A stretch of DNA of 64,000 nucleotides from Tubiluchus corallicola (GCA_030141605.1 JAQGDQ010000264.1:1-64000); one strand, 5' to 3'. Numbered from the stretch's first letter, positions 13,271 to 26,493 are shown. Translations and numbers: made by a program. Notes: generated from the letters alone by a model not told the origin.

Positions 13271-13819
13271 AATCTCACAATCTTTGAAAACAATAGTAAA
13301 TTATTTCCATATCTATGACACTACTTATAAGTATTGACCACTAGTTATAATACTTCATACTGAAAGCAAAGATTTCTCCATTTGCTAGTGCGACAAAACG
13401 TTAAAGACTTGGGTTGTTCTTCTGACATTGCCAGGTCTAAAGTCCTAAGATTAAAAATTATAACTTTGCGTGAAAAATCAATTTCCAAATATTAATAGCC
13501 TTTCACATGTGTACATAGGTACGTGACAATGTAGCAGCTTATCGGGACAATCTTTTCCAAAGCTCGATTTCGTGCATTGAATGTCGGGTTATTTGATTTC
13601 GAAGAATTTGCTGCATCAAGTACTGAATAATATTTATAATTTTGTATATAGCGTATAAATCCGTGCAGACAGACAAATGCCTTCATATGCAAACACGTTT
13701 CACGAAAATATGTTAAATCATGATGACAGAATTAAAAAAATCACAATGTCAAACAGTAAGCTTATGATTCACAGGTTCATGAAATACAAGTAATAATAAT
13801 TTGATCACTTCAATGAATG

Positions 13820-14140
13820 TACGCTATTTTAAATAAGTACATTTGAATCTCTTTTTTAAAAGCACTAGTTTGGTTCACAAAGTGTTCTGATGTGGATAGT
13901 TCCATAGAGTTGGTCTTGCAACTACAAATGACCTATCACCCAGGCCATAGTGATACAGTGCACCTTAGGAACCATAAGCGAAAGGTTGACATTTGAGCTA
14001 AAACTATATTGGTTTGGATTTGTTGGATGAAGCATGTCACAAATGTAACCAGGTGCCTTGCCAGAAAGCGCCTTAATTACAAGTAGTAGTATCTTAAATT
14101 TAATACGCAACTCAATTGGTAGCCAATGCAGATGACGAAG
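13820..14140 (-). mobile_element. Decayed L2/Crack-like LINE 3' fragment
   Basis: LHWLPIELRIKFKILLLVIKALSGKAPGYICDML is the typical L2-group ORF2 tail. Confidence 0.8.
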
Positions 14141-15120
14141 AATAGGTATAGCATACGAAAGTAACCTAGCTTAGCAAGATAGTAAGCCTAGTGCTGAGGC
14201 CAGCCATGAAAAATTCTTTCTGTCTTACCTCATGAGCTCACAGGTGTCAGTAGGGAGGGAGGAAAAAAATTTTCAAAGTTTTATTTTTTAAGGCTTTGTG
14301 AATGTTTAAAGCTGAATCATGGAATGTTTAAAATCACTTGAAATCAAAGTATGTTCTGATAATTGTGGTATAAGTGGCAACACTACTCGGCCGTTAATAC
14401 ACCGATTTGGCAGAAAATTCGATACTTATTAGCCTCCAATACAATGAGCATCATACAAAATGGCAACCCTCGCTAAGAATTAGCCGTGGAAAAACATGGC
14501 CATGACCTGCGTTTTCCAAAAGAAAGGTGTTATAAAAATTATTGTGTTTTACATTTTAGATTAAAAAATGTGCTTTTATATGACTGTGTCAACTAAGATA
14601 TGAACGTACAAATTCCGGTGCCTTATACCAGTAATGAAGTAAACTACTGCACAAATCACTTTTACAGAATTGTTGATGTGCAGGCAAACCCACCATGTTT
14701 GCTGTAGGTAGTTGTAGCTGCATGTCAATTGCAAACGGTAGATTTCATTTGTGGTGATAGTTCAATTGTTCATGTTTAGTAGAAAAAACTTGTTCAAATG
14801 TAGTCTAGGTAATGAATTGTTCAAGCTACATAAGTTACTGTGTAATAATTGCTCTGGGGGACGTCTAAATAGCTTGCTCCTTTGTCCCCTTCACAATGTT
14901 ATCTAAAGCGAGATCATTTTTGTATATATATTATGGTTGTTATGCATTGTGAAATAAACATTGTGATCATATCTTATCTTATGTGTATTTACCTGCAGTG
15001 AATTTATTTTCCACTTGCTTTACCTAAGGTAGCTGCTACATTTATAGTGCGTGTAGTACTTATATATTTACATTTTGCCTTTTTTGCAGAAAACATTGTT
15101 AAGCACATCTCCTAGAAACA

Positions 15121-15407
15121 ATGGCAGGTGGTGACATTGAAGTAGATGAAGCTAAATTTACAGGATTTTCTCGTTATTTCAATTCAGAAACTATCAGAGG
15201 AAGAGCAACTGTAAGCGTTTTTCAAATATTTTTACTATTATTGCTTGCAAATTGCAATTACTTCTTATAAAATAAGAATTTTTGACCTTTGCCCATGCTG
15301 TACATTTATTTTTTTAGGTAGCGGGGGCGACATATGCAGGAATAGCTCTAATAGCATTGTACTTCACATTTAGAAAGAAGAAGCCAAAGCAACCAGCGAA
15401 AAAGTGA
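15121..15407 (+). CDS. ATP5MK: ATP synthase membrane subunit K (DAPIT/USMG5), 59 aa, 2 coding exons
   Basis: Exons 15121-15210 and 15318-15407 give MAGGDIEVDEAKFTGFSRYFNSETIRGRATVAGATYAGIALIALYFTFRKKKPKQPAKK. This has the family pattern FTG..xYFNS.T..GR...ATY..IAL..LYF, one TM helix and a basic tail. AATAAA at 15549-15554. Confidence 0.92.
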
Positions 15408-16151
15408 AACCACTGATGTATAGGAAAACGAAATTGTTAAAATATTGACATCTATCACATTTCTTCTCAAACGTCTTTACATTTTTTATCGTGTAAAATA
15501 TAAAAGGGCGTCACTGTTTCGTCATCATAAGGTGTCTATTCAATTCGTAATAAATTAAGTGGCAAACTTAGCTATTGTAGACCTATAAATTATGTTGTTT
15601 CCTTTCAGTGAGTTTAGCTTTTTGTAGTCTATGCAACATTTGTATCTCTTCAAGAACCTTGCAAACTTTTAATTGTTCATAATGTCTATAAAATTTTCTT
15701 GAAATTTTGTTGTTACTTATTATTTTTTTGTTAATTTCTTACTTCATTCGAACATTTCTTGGGGCTAAACAAAATCTGTTTGAAGATATGGCGCACCAAA
15801 TCTGACAATGGTGTTTTTCGAAAATACTGCCTGCATGAATAATAATATTTTAAGCATAATATTCAAAAGTTTTCAATCTCCTGAAATTTTAATTAAAATT
15901 GGTAAGAACATACTAAGTAATAGTAGAAACTGTAAGCAAATAAGTGTAAAATAATTGTAAATTAAATGTTTTAACACTTGGACAATAATTTTCACCAGAA
16001 TGAATAAATAAGCAGAAGGATAAAAGGACTTTCAGATTGAATTAATTCAAGATCAGCAATTGAAAGTATCAAGATTTAATTTATGCAGTAACTTTTATTC
16101 TACAATAGCAAATATTCTGATTACAATAAATGTATTAGATAGTATTTGCCA

Positions 16152-19100
16152 TCAGGATTTTAATTTGATCTTAGAAGTAGATGGTTGGTCAGTTTCCTCT
16201 TCATATTCTATTTCTACATGTTCTCTTTTCTGGCTTCTTTTTGCTGGCAACTTTTCATTTTCAATCTGAAGTTCTTCCTCTGAAGTGGTTTCAGCTTCTA
16301 TGTCCTGAAAAAATATTGCTGAACAAATTCTAAACGTACGATAGAGCCAGCTTCCAGGAATCAACACGTTTATTGAGCAACAATCATTTCGGTTATTGAA
16401 GCCATTATCAGACTATAAATGAAGCCAAGATGAAGAATAGAAATACATTAATGATACAAAGGCACAAACTGAAACTACAAAGCAACAGATTAGAATTTAA
16501 CTTACCAAAATAAACGGTAATGTAATGGAAGATACTGCAGAGAAATATACAAAATTTTATTTAACACACGTCAATCGAAAAAAGAGCAACAGGTAAACAA
16601 TTAATCCAAGTCGCATGCACCAGCAGCATGCATAATTTACAACAATTGGGAACTACAATAAGGGAAAGCAGCAGCATGTAGAATTTACAAGTGGGAAACA
16701 TGCTGCTGGTTTCCGTTGCTGTAGTTCCCACTTGTTGTAAATAATGTAAAATCTAAAATTTGTTTTTTATTCTTATAACTATACTGCTTATTGCTATAGT
16801 TCTTCATTATGTAGACTTGGATTAATTGTTTACCTGTTGTGTTCTTTTTTGGTTCTCGTGTGTTCAAAATTTCGTACATTTCTCTGCAATTGCTTCCATT
16901 ACAATCTAGTTTATTTTGATAAGTTAAATTTTATTCTGTTGTTTTGTAGTTTCAGTTTGTGCCTTTGTGCCATTAATGTATTATTTATTCTTCTTTTTGG
17001 CTTGATTTATAGTCTGATAATAACTTCAATAGCCAAAACAATCATCGCTCAGTAAACATGTTAATTCTAAATGTGTTCTGCTAATGATCTAGAAGGCAGA
17101 AAATTTCTCTGCCCAAACATGATCAGTATTCACTAGGCATCACATCCATCTAATATTAAACTGAATGTGATACAAACACGTACAGAATCTTCTAATACAA
17201 TCAACCAGCAAAAAACTGGAAATGATTTAGTTAATCACATTTACCTCAACCGTCTTCTGAAATATCAACACAATATACATGAAATCACTAATTCTGATAT
17301 TTAAGTTCAGTCACACTAAGTTTTCTGAGCCTAAAAACTGTGATAAGGCTAGACTTATGCTTGTAACTTAACCCTGCAATGGTGGTGCTTCAATGGTCGC
17401 CATTAAATGCTCAGTGCGACCTTTATTATAAGTTTTCATTCTTCTGAGTCAAACCTCTTTATGCCGCCCACTTTGGGACAGGAAAAAGGTGGTGTTTAAA
17501 ACGAAGTGTGTTACATTTTGCCATAGACGAATCATGGTTAAAGTCCTCAATTTTCACTCTAAAATTTCTCAGATTCATTCTAGCATTTTAGAGGCAGTTT
17601 GAAATAATAAATTCATGAAAAATATTTCTATAAGTACCTCTATGTCAGAAATATCACTCTCTTCAAAATCTTCATCAGCTACATAGGTAACGTCACCGAT
17701 ACCCTATTAAAAACAAAACAACAATTCCCTTCAAAATGTATCTTGTCGGCACCTAACATCTACATATGACATTTTGAAGGACAAAACCAGCCTTTACCAC
17801 ACTGTTCAAATCCCGAATCCGCCTTGCCCCTGGATGGAGAGTGGGGTTATAATATATTTTAGTCAATGATGGACTGTCAATAGGTGACAGGCGACTCTAA
17901 TTCCTCTCTCTAAGCAGACGGTTTCTCCCACTATGTCCACCATCCTGGATCATAAGAGGGAGGGAGTAATATTCTTTTGTTCTAAGTTTGGTTGTCAGTA
18001 GATGGCAGCCCACTCTAACCGCTCACACAGGACTGACTTAGATCCTCCCACTATGTCCAGCATGCTTGAGGCATCTACCCGTTTACCTCGATTCTGAAAA
18101 GCCCTTAGAATGATCTTTAATGTTGAAAATCTCTTGTCCCAAAGTCACCCAAAACCAAAAACCTTGAGGCTACCCCAATTGGTTCAGGTGTACCTGACTT
18201 GAACTGTGAATGGACGACTGATGCTGCATGACGACATAAGGGCCTCAGACTTGGAAATCTAATAAACCTAATCATTCACATTTCAAAAAAAATAAATGAT
18301 TTTTTGAACTATTGAGAAAAACTTGCGTTAAAATTTCAATACATAATAATTGTAATTAGAAAGAGAAAAATAACGAAATATCTGCAGGATGACAAAAACA
18401 GCCCTAGACATAAACCAGTAATAGAAAAATTAGTTATGATTTTGTGCCATATCTATCAACAAATTCTGTTAGTGTTAAAAACACTCCAATCAAAATATGT
18501 TTCAACATTGATCGCATAAGTATTCATAAAGCACAAACTAAAAAATTAATTTGCATAGCATGAAATGACTATGAATTATGTAATGCTCAAGAACAAATAT
18601 GACAAATTTACACACTTAACTGAAGAAATTTACTGGCATCAATAACATGAACCATACCTCTTCTTCAGTTTCCTTCTCTTGTTCGTTTTCACTTGCACTC
18701 TCAACCTCCTCAGCTTTTAAAGCTTGATCAAATGCATGTTGGGGAAAGTTGTAGATATCGCCATACTGAAATAAAGCTAGCTATATTTTTGTATCGAATT
18801 TTAGCTTAAAGGAAATGGTGGCAAACATTAAACCATCAACTCAACCAAACCTAACTCGACATGGTTTAGACTCCAAAATATAAAATACTAAAAGGAAACA
18901 TGTTTTTGAGATTATTTGCTTGCATAGTAACTCCATAAAAAGATCTATTTCACCATGAGGCTGGTCTTCTTGTAATAAATTTTTGGTCAGTTTCTACACT
19001 GTGGCATTACAAATAATTACCAATAAAGGCAGCATCCTGGCATTAGAGATTGAAAAGTGTCTCGAAGAAAAGTTGACTTGAAACAGAAACTACGTCTGAT

Positions 19101-22100
19101 TTTTCAAATTATTTTACTACATCACTTATTAATTAGAACTTTTACTTAGTTGCTTTTTGAACAGTGAATTTTTATGCGCAAAACAGGCGGCTCTGGAAAT
19201 CAACAGGATCTAAACATTTTACAAATACAAGTTTGACAAGTGGGGACACAGTAAAAAGCGCTCCTATATTTAAAATAGAGGGAGTGAACACGCCCACCAA
19301 AAAACAAGCACTAATACTGAAACTACGATTAACATTATAATTAATACAAAAAATAGACAACAAATATTAAAATATATTAATGAAGCATAGCAGTCCAACT
19401 TGAAAGTTGAAGTTTAACTTACAACAACATAACCAAATACAATAAATAAGCGTACAGTGCCACTGCGAAGCCGTTCCAGTAACTCTTTTTCTATTGCTGT
19501 GTCTAGTCTAGCAGCAACCAATGCTTTCTCTTCTCGTCGTTTCTCTCGTCTCTCAATTTTTTTCTGTATTGGGACATAAGTTTTTCTGTTCAAAAAAAGA
19601 TAAAACATCATCCCAATTACATTTAAACTCAAGCACAAAGTTCCGACTTTTCACACACATACATAATATAAGTGTGAATAAACAATTCAAAGATTAGTAA
19701 AGTTCTGCTTGTCAAAACAACAATCCAAACTAGGGAATTTACCAATCTGAAATTACCAAATCAGAATCTAAATCGAATCTCGTTTTATAATTATTTTTGA
19801 ATCTGGATCAAATCCGTACCTCGATTAAAATTTCTGTAAATGTAGTCTTATTCAAATGGCTTGGGGTATCTTTACATGCACTCTGTGTAAAAAAAATCTG
19901 AATGACAAAAAAACCACGTTCGTCCAAGCCATGGTATTGATCATTTCTAGAGTCACACGTCTTCTGACATTACTCTTGCTATCACTTTAACTCATGTTGT
20001 TCTGTCAATGCAACTTCCCATGTCTCTGTATTTTTGATATGTACTGGTGTGTTGATAAGATATTTTCGATGAAATTAATGTAAGTCAGCAGCTGTCCTCC
20101 TTGCAGTTTCTTTTCTTTCTTCAGTGCTTCTTTGAAAGCTAATTTTAATGGGCTGTCATCTGGTAGTCGTATAACATGTCCTATCCACCTTAATCTTCTC
20201 CTTTTGATGTTAATTGTCCATTCCTCTGCCTTGACTTTAATATACAGATCTTGGTTTGATATTTTTTGGCCATTTAATTCCTAGAATGTTTCTAGAATGT
20301 TATTCCATTCCTTTTAGTTTTGTTTCTATTTTGATCTTGATGTTTTCTATTTTATTTTTGCTTTTTGCTATCCATGCAATATCATCAGCATATAGCATGT
20401 CTATGGCGGTAGGATATTTCATTTAATTTGCATAATTATGTTCTAACTCTGTTCCTGACAGCAGTTTTCTTGGATGCAAAATTGTGTAATTGTGGTTACA
20501 ATGTTCTTGCCTAGGTAAACTATTCGAGACCATTAATGCCATAACAAGATAAAAAGTGAAAAGAACAGGACTAAGGCAGTTTCCTTAAGGTATTTCTTTG
20601 ACAGTAGAAAATCAGTCACAAAATTTGCAAGGTTGTGCTAAAGTATTACAAGAAATTTTAGCATTTTTGCTAAACTAGCACTTTTGTGCAAGATTTCATG
20701 TTCTGGAAACACGCTGACACTGAATATGGCAACATTTGCCTATTTCAAGTAGTATAAAATTATCAAAAAAGGCACCAAATTCAGCAAATCGAATTAAAGC
20801 TTCGTTTCAGATTCGGTGTCGAAGCTTCAGTTCTTGTGGATCTTGACATCCCTAACCCAAACTGTTAAGTAACTCACACCTTTTTTCCAAGTTCAAGTTT
20901 CCAAAGCCAGGTTCAAGTTTTTTTGAAAAAATCTCTAACAGCACTAACTTAACATTCTTATACACTTTATAATAGAACTGGCAACCATACAAATGCATGT
21001 GCAATAAAATAATATTTATTAAACAAATTAGGATAATTAAACAAAACAATCCAGAATGTTCTATGGCGTTAAACAATCGCAGAAAATTTTAGACATGTAC
21101 AAACCATATCTGTGGTATTGTCATAAGCCTAATGATGTTAATACCATTTGTATCTTGTATCTGTTTTTAACACAGATTTATACGTACATATTCCAGACCT
21201 TCTAGTTTACTATGCTGTTCTTAATTATTTATTAAACTGCTATAAACTTACGTTCGTTTCAGACGCAGCTTACGCATTCGTATGAGATACTGCAGGATTT
21301 TGGTAAATCTCTGTTTGCATTTGTGTTTTATCCAACCCGGCCAGTAAATCAAATTCTCATCAATTTGCTCCAGCGCTTTCTCATAATTCCTTGAGAGCTT
21401 TACCTTCTCCCACAGTTTAGCAGGAAAATGACTCCGTTCAATTGTTTTCATGTACAAATAGCAAATGCCTGGGAAGATTACATAATATAGAAATAGCAAC
21501 ACTTAGGAACCATCTATAAGTTGTATATAGTTTTAACAGATCTGATGTTAATAGAATTAGCAATACTCTTAAGACAGGAATAAAATCTAAAAAAAATGTT
21601 TGATTGGCTGTCTTAACAGTTTAATTTATCAAATAGTCCTTCCAAAGGTACTTAGTTAAAGAGCTAGTTGAGTCAAGTGGCAAGAACTGGCTCCTCTGCA
21701 AGTTTGGGGTAAATGACTAGAAAAAAAACTGGAAGTTCCCTTTTGCAAGTTGGTAATAGTCTTCATTCTGCAAAAGCTATTAAGCAATGGGGTTGCATTT
21801 GGGGCAAAAACTTGTATTTCTTATTTACAGAAGTGAAAAGCTTTCTACTATATAAAACATATCTTAACCTAAATCTTTATGATTTATGCATTACCTACAG
21901 CTATCAAGTGATAAAATTCTACATATAATTCAGTAGCACACAGATGCCACAAAGATGCATAATAACTTAGGCAAGTGCCAAATGGCCCTGTTAGCTGCGA
22001 AAAAATGTAGGCCTATCCAAATGCCCTAAGTTCTTGTCCAAATAGGTGAGCAGGTTGATTAACTAGTCGGCGAGTTACTTATCTAATGACAACTAAAAAT

Positions 22101-24052
22101 AACATTATAGAGAAAGAAATTACTAATTCTGCTGCTAAAAATAAAACTAGAAAATAAAAAAAAATTACCATTTTCTTCTCGTATTGTAGCATACTGGCTA
22201 TTTGCAAGCGGACAAGCAGAGTGGGTACAAAGTCCAGTTAAGTTGAATTCATTTCGACAAAATTTCTGTGTCTTTGTTCTGAGCACAAAAAAAACAAGTT
22301 AATCCACAAAAAATCATTGATGTATCTCAAACTATGTTAATCTTACTCTCTTGAAATTCCAAATAATACAGCCTTGTCCAAACAATCACCAAGCACAAAT
22401 TCAACACTTTTAAACTTACAACAAATCCTACGGAGCTATATTTTGTTATCTGTGTCAAATTAACACACACGTACCTAAAAAATGTCTTACTTGCTTCAGT
22501 CTACTTTAGATACTTACTGTGTTTTGAAAGAGCAGAACGAGCCATTAATAATACTCCATATTACCTACAAAAACAAATTATAGAGCAAAATATAATGCAA
22601 CCTGAAAAAAAATAAACATTAACTTTTTCCTCAGTATTTTCCTTTTTCAAATAAAAGTAACATGTAGACCTAACTAATGCCAAGAATAAGATATTTAAGA
22701 TAACAAGTAATAATCTAAATTAGTGTAGCTAATGAATCTAAATTAGGTAATTACCCGCTCAGGTGTATTGTAATAATTTAAAGTCAATTTCATGAAATTT
22801 TCACAGAAAGAAGATGTAAGTTCCCCAAAATGTTGAAAAATAGTTGTTAAGGCATCACAACATGCTCAAAAGCGTTTCAAAATATTCTCAAGTTTTTGTG
22901 AGTTTTGAAATTGTTGACAAACACCAAGAGTAATTGGCAACATATTTGCACAGGTTTAGTTCATGTTCAGATAACTTTACAACAGTTTGGCAAGCTTTGA
23001 CGAGGTGGCGAGTTTTGCGACTCCAGCGACAAACTTTGAACATTTCAAATTTTTCTCCGAAGCCCTTTTCAGAAAATGCAAACACGCGTATGTTTTACAA
23101 CAATTTTGGGAACTTTCAGAGTTCGCAACTGTCGGAAATTTTTGGATAGTCACCAAAGTGAAACTTGTGAAGCCTTGAATTACTAAACAACGCACCAGGC
23201 CAAAAGTGCATGTTTGATAAATATTTTGCATTACTGACTCATTCTAGTCAGCAGCTCTGCTTAAAAGCAGGTGCAGAAAATGGCTTCAGCAAAGAAAAGT
23301 AATGCGTAGAAATACTTTGAACATCTTAAAGGTATTCAAACACATTAGAGTTGGTCATTAGTAAATTATTACTCATTATTATTTGAATTATTGTATTAAA
23401 GCAATCAGCATCAGTTACAAGTGCACGACAGATCAAACCACTTGTGCTGCTGTAGTGACCTACAAAAAGACAACTATTACTTATTTTCCAAGAGGTTAAC
23501 TATAAATGCAAGCAAAATTGTTTATTAACAATTAAAAAACTATATAACAGGTCACAAATAAAGATACAAATAAACAGGCTGTTAATTTGAAAGTACAAAA
23601 ATGATAATGTAGGTTATTATATTCTCTTAATCCCTACGGTGTTTTAATAGTGTGGTTCATAGGCTGATGTAGCTAACTCATTAATAAAGCGTGCAGTATA
23701 AGTAGCTCAGAAGCCTGGCAGACAACACAGTTAAATGCCAGGCACAATAAAACATTAACTTTCGTTACTCATAGTTTACATGTTCAGATCCCTCAGCGTG
23801 TAATAACTGAATGCTTATTGTTAAGATAACAGTGCAGGTAGTTGAAAGACACCAGTGGCTGTTTTTATTTGTAAATGAAAATGATTTTAATTTCTTCACT
23901 GCCACTGAACCGTAGCAATCGGGTACTGGGTACCCAATGGATATAAAGAAAAGGGTGCCCGTGTCTGATTTTTGCTACCTACGTAAACACTAATATAAAT
24001 AAATGTGTACTTTAATTAAATACTTTAAAAAACTTACATCATCTTGTTGCAT
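16152..24052 (-). CDS. MAK16: Ribosome biogenesis protein MAK16 homolog, 8 coding exons
   Basis: Exons (minus) 24038-24052, 22518-22564, 22169-22278, 21252-21468, 19456-19585, 18658-18765, 17638-17703 and 16152-16304 have consistent phases. Translation includes [100 protein letters not shown] and HVEIEYEEE. Poly(A) signal on the minus strand at 16094-16099. Confidence 0.97.
16358..17067. repeat. Long imperfect inverted repeat (fold-back) in the last MAK16 intron
   Basis: Outer arms 16358-16612 and 16814-17067 are reverse complements at roughly 80% identity. Inner arms 16635-16679 and 16698-16742 flank an 18-nt loop. Confidence 0.93.
19731..20854. mobile_element. Old non-autonomous hAT-type element with nested LINE fragment
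   Basis: Ends are TAGGGA...TCCCTA, with 8-bp flanks atccaaac / acccaaac (7/8 match) and subterminal gaatc/attcg repeats. Confidence 0.55.
19950..20420 (-). mobile_element. Decayed RTE-like LINE fragment
   Basis: Minus-strand remnants [10 protein letters not shown] and [24 protein letters not shown]. Confidence 0.75.
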
Positions 24053-26384
24053 AGTGAGACTACTTCTTTATCACAAGAAAGAAATTATATTCTGAAATAT
24101 ATAAATATAAACCACAAAACATATTTATTTAATAACTATTAGGCTATTAATTTGATGACACCAACAGGATACCCTCGTTTATACAACATCTAATACCAAG
24201 CAACCTAAAATGAAATCAGTCACCCATGGGCACGATATCCTTACAGAACACTTGAAGCAAGTGCAACCATTTGTGAGTCCCAGAACTACAGTTTGTAATT
24301 GTAATCATAGTCATTCGTATACAGTAGGCACCACTTAATAAACTCACTTTGGGACCGGCGTGCTTTGACCCAATTAACCGACTGAACCTATTAACCAATG
24401 GGTGTCGTATTACAGGTATAGAAGTATGAGTCATCAGCTTACTATGCACTGCAAAGGTTTTTAATGAATTTTAGAAGTGAAGTAATGCCTAAGCTTCCTC
24501 GTCCAGTTAAAAATTAGAAAAAATATTTTAAAATATTAATTTATATAAGTGAATAAGCAATAAGTTAAAAAGTATACTTTTCTAAATCACAGACTTTTCT
24601 AAATTACAAATTGCAAAGATTACAAAAATTCCTTCAAAGTTAGCTACTTCATTTTCTCGCTCAGAAGTTAGCCCACAAAGTTCTCGTAATTATAGAAACA
24701 TTGAAAATCTGTTGTTGTGCGTGACTAAAACAGTTCTAAATCGTCTGTTCACTTACATTGCTCTTATTTGCTGTACGATGTTTACTCTTGTAAGTCACAA
24801 GGAATACCAGCTGATTACTATACCTGCATCTTTGACTGTTAACGTATTAAGCCTGAAAGCGTGATTTGCAATGAGAGCATCAAAAGGAAACCACTAGGCA
24901 AGTGATTAAATGTTTAGCTTCCAGAATACCTTGGGCAACAGTGAGCGAGCGGGTAACAGATTCAAAGCAAAATGGCTACGCCAGCATATTAGCGCGTGAT
25001 AAATGTAGGTGCTTAGAAACAAAACGGTACTTAACATGATTGTTTCTACACACATAGTGCACAAAAGGGAAGTAAAGATGACATAAAAGTAGAAAAGGCT
25101 CTTTGGTCACATACGAATATCTTATTTAAAGAGGTGAAGAAAAGATATTGAGTCAATTATGCGGAGTTACGTGAGTCAATTACCGACAGTTTTTATGTAT
25201 ATTTGAATAGAAGCTGTTTCAGGTTTTTTTTCACTCAATTAAGCGATTGAGTCTATTAACCGTGAATCTATTAAGCAGCACCTACTGCATTTCAATTCAT
25301 TTAGGAAAGCAGGAGTTTGCTGCTTTCACGACAAAAGATTTTAATGAAAAATTGCTTTCACATGCTTTCATTTTTACTATTTATTTGGAAGGCAAACAAA
25401 TAAATTATTAATATAAAAAAAATCATGTGAAATTTTTAAACGTTTCCTAGAGAACTACCTGGCGTACATCTGGAAACATATGGACCTCTCCTTTTCACAG
25501 ATCCTGGAAAAGCCCAAGCCTATACTCACCGACGTTTAACCACAGACTCGTTTCTAGTGTAGTAGTGTACTAATTTGTGTTACTGTTAGTTAACGAAATT
25601 GTACTTAGTCTTACAAAAACTGACTACAAAATTGTAATACATGTAGCATGAGGAATGACCAAGCACTCAACACCTGTAATCTTGGTTTACATTACACCCA
25701 ATATCATGCATTAGTAAAATATGATAAACAAAAGCGAAAAACACAAATGAAAAAAGTAAAATTAATATAAAACGTACAGGTAACTTCAATAACATGCCTC
25801 CACAATAGAAGAAATCTTTTGTCTCCTATGCTGTAATATTCTTATCTATGGCTGCATTTTGTATTATTTCGTGCAGTATATTGGTTTCAGTATTATTTTG
25901 CTTGTTAATAACATTTCACAGTAAATGCATGTATTCATGGTCTGTAACAATGCACGCAAATTATATACTGTTTTTGGTAGTGATTATTTATATTTTAATT
26001 TTCTTTATAATTATTAATCTTATGAAAATTTGTTTGAATCGTAGGAGTGATATTATATATATTTTCATAATGCTGATGGCAGTTAATTTGCACTGTAAAT
26101 TATATTTTGGCATATGCATGTGAATTTATATAATATATAATTGCACATTTGCTTATTGCATTTCAATACCGCTTATCTAACAACTTAATTTATAAATAAA
26201 GGTGGCTGATTTAATAACTCTTTCGTTTGTTTCCTACCCTTCCCTTGAATAGGCGTGAGCATTTTCTACCATGAAGCAAATTTGAAACGAATCGAATTTG
26301 TTACTTATGACTGACGTCGATGTGCAAGCTTTGTGATACAGGAGTACAACAGCACCTTCACAGTTCAGTCAATAACTCTGGTCA

Positions 26385-26493
26385 GGGGGCAGTTTCACAA
26401 GGCCTTCACTAAGTTAATGGTTTCGTTATTGCGTTCACTTAAACATTAATAACGACACCGTTAACTTTGTGATGGCTTTGTAAAACCAGGCCC
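26385..26493. mobile_element. Small palindromic MITE (Harbinger-like ends, tentative)
   Basis: ggggcagtttcacaaggccttcactaagttaa pairs with the reverse complement of ttaactttgtgatggctttgtaaaaccaggccc. Confidence 0.55.

Noticed and set aside
15408-16151. Possible overlapping 3'UTRs of the convergent ATP5MK and MAK16 genes
   Set aside because: Each gene has its own proximal poly(A) signal (15549 on +, 16094 on -), so overlap is not required.
17776-18280. GC-richer segment in a MAK16 intron with a repeated ctcccactatgtcca, considered as a snoRNA or ribozyme
   Set aside because: I found no canonical C/D or H/ACA box arrangement or hammerhead core; likely a repeat remnant. Infernal/Rfam would be decisive.
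22860-23231. Cluster of overlapping short ORFs in MAK16 intron 1
   Set aside because: No homology recognised; the repeated gcgagttttgcgac-type motifs point to a MITE remnant.
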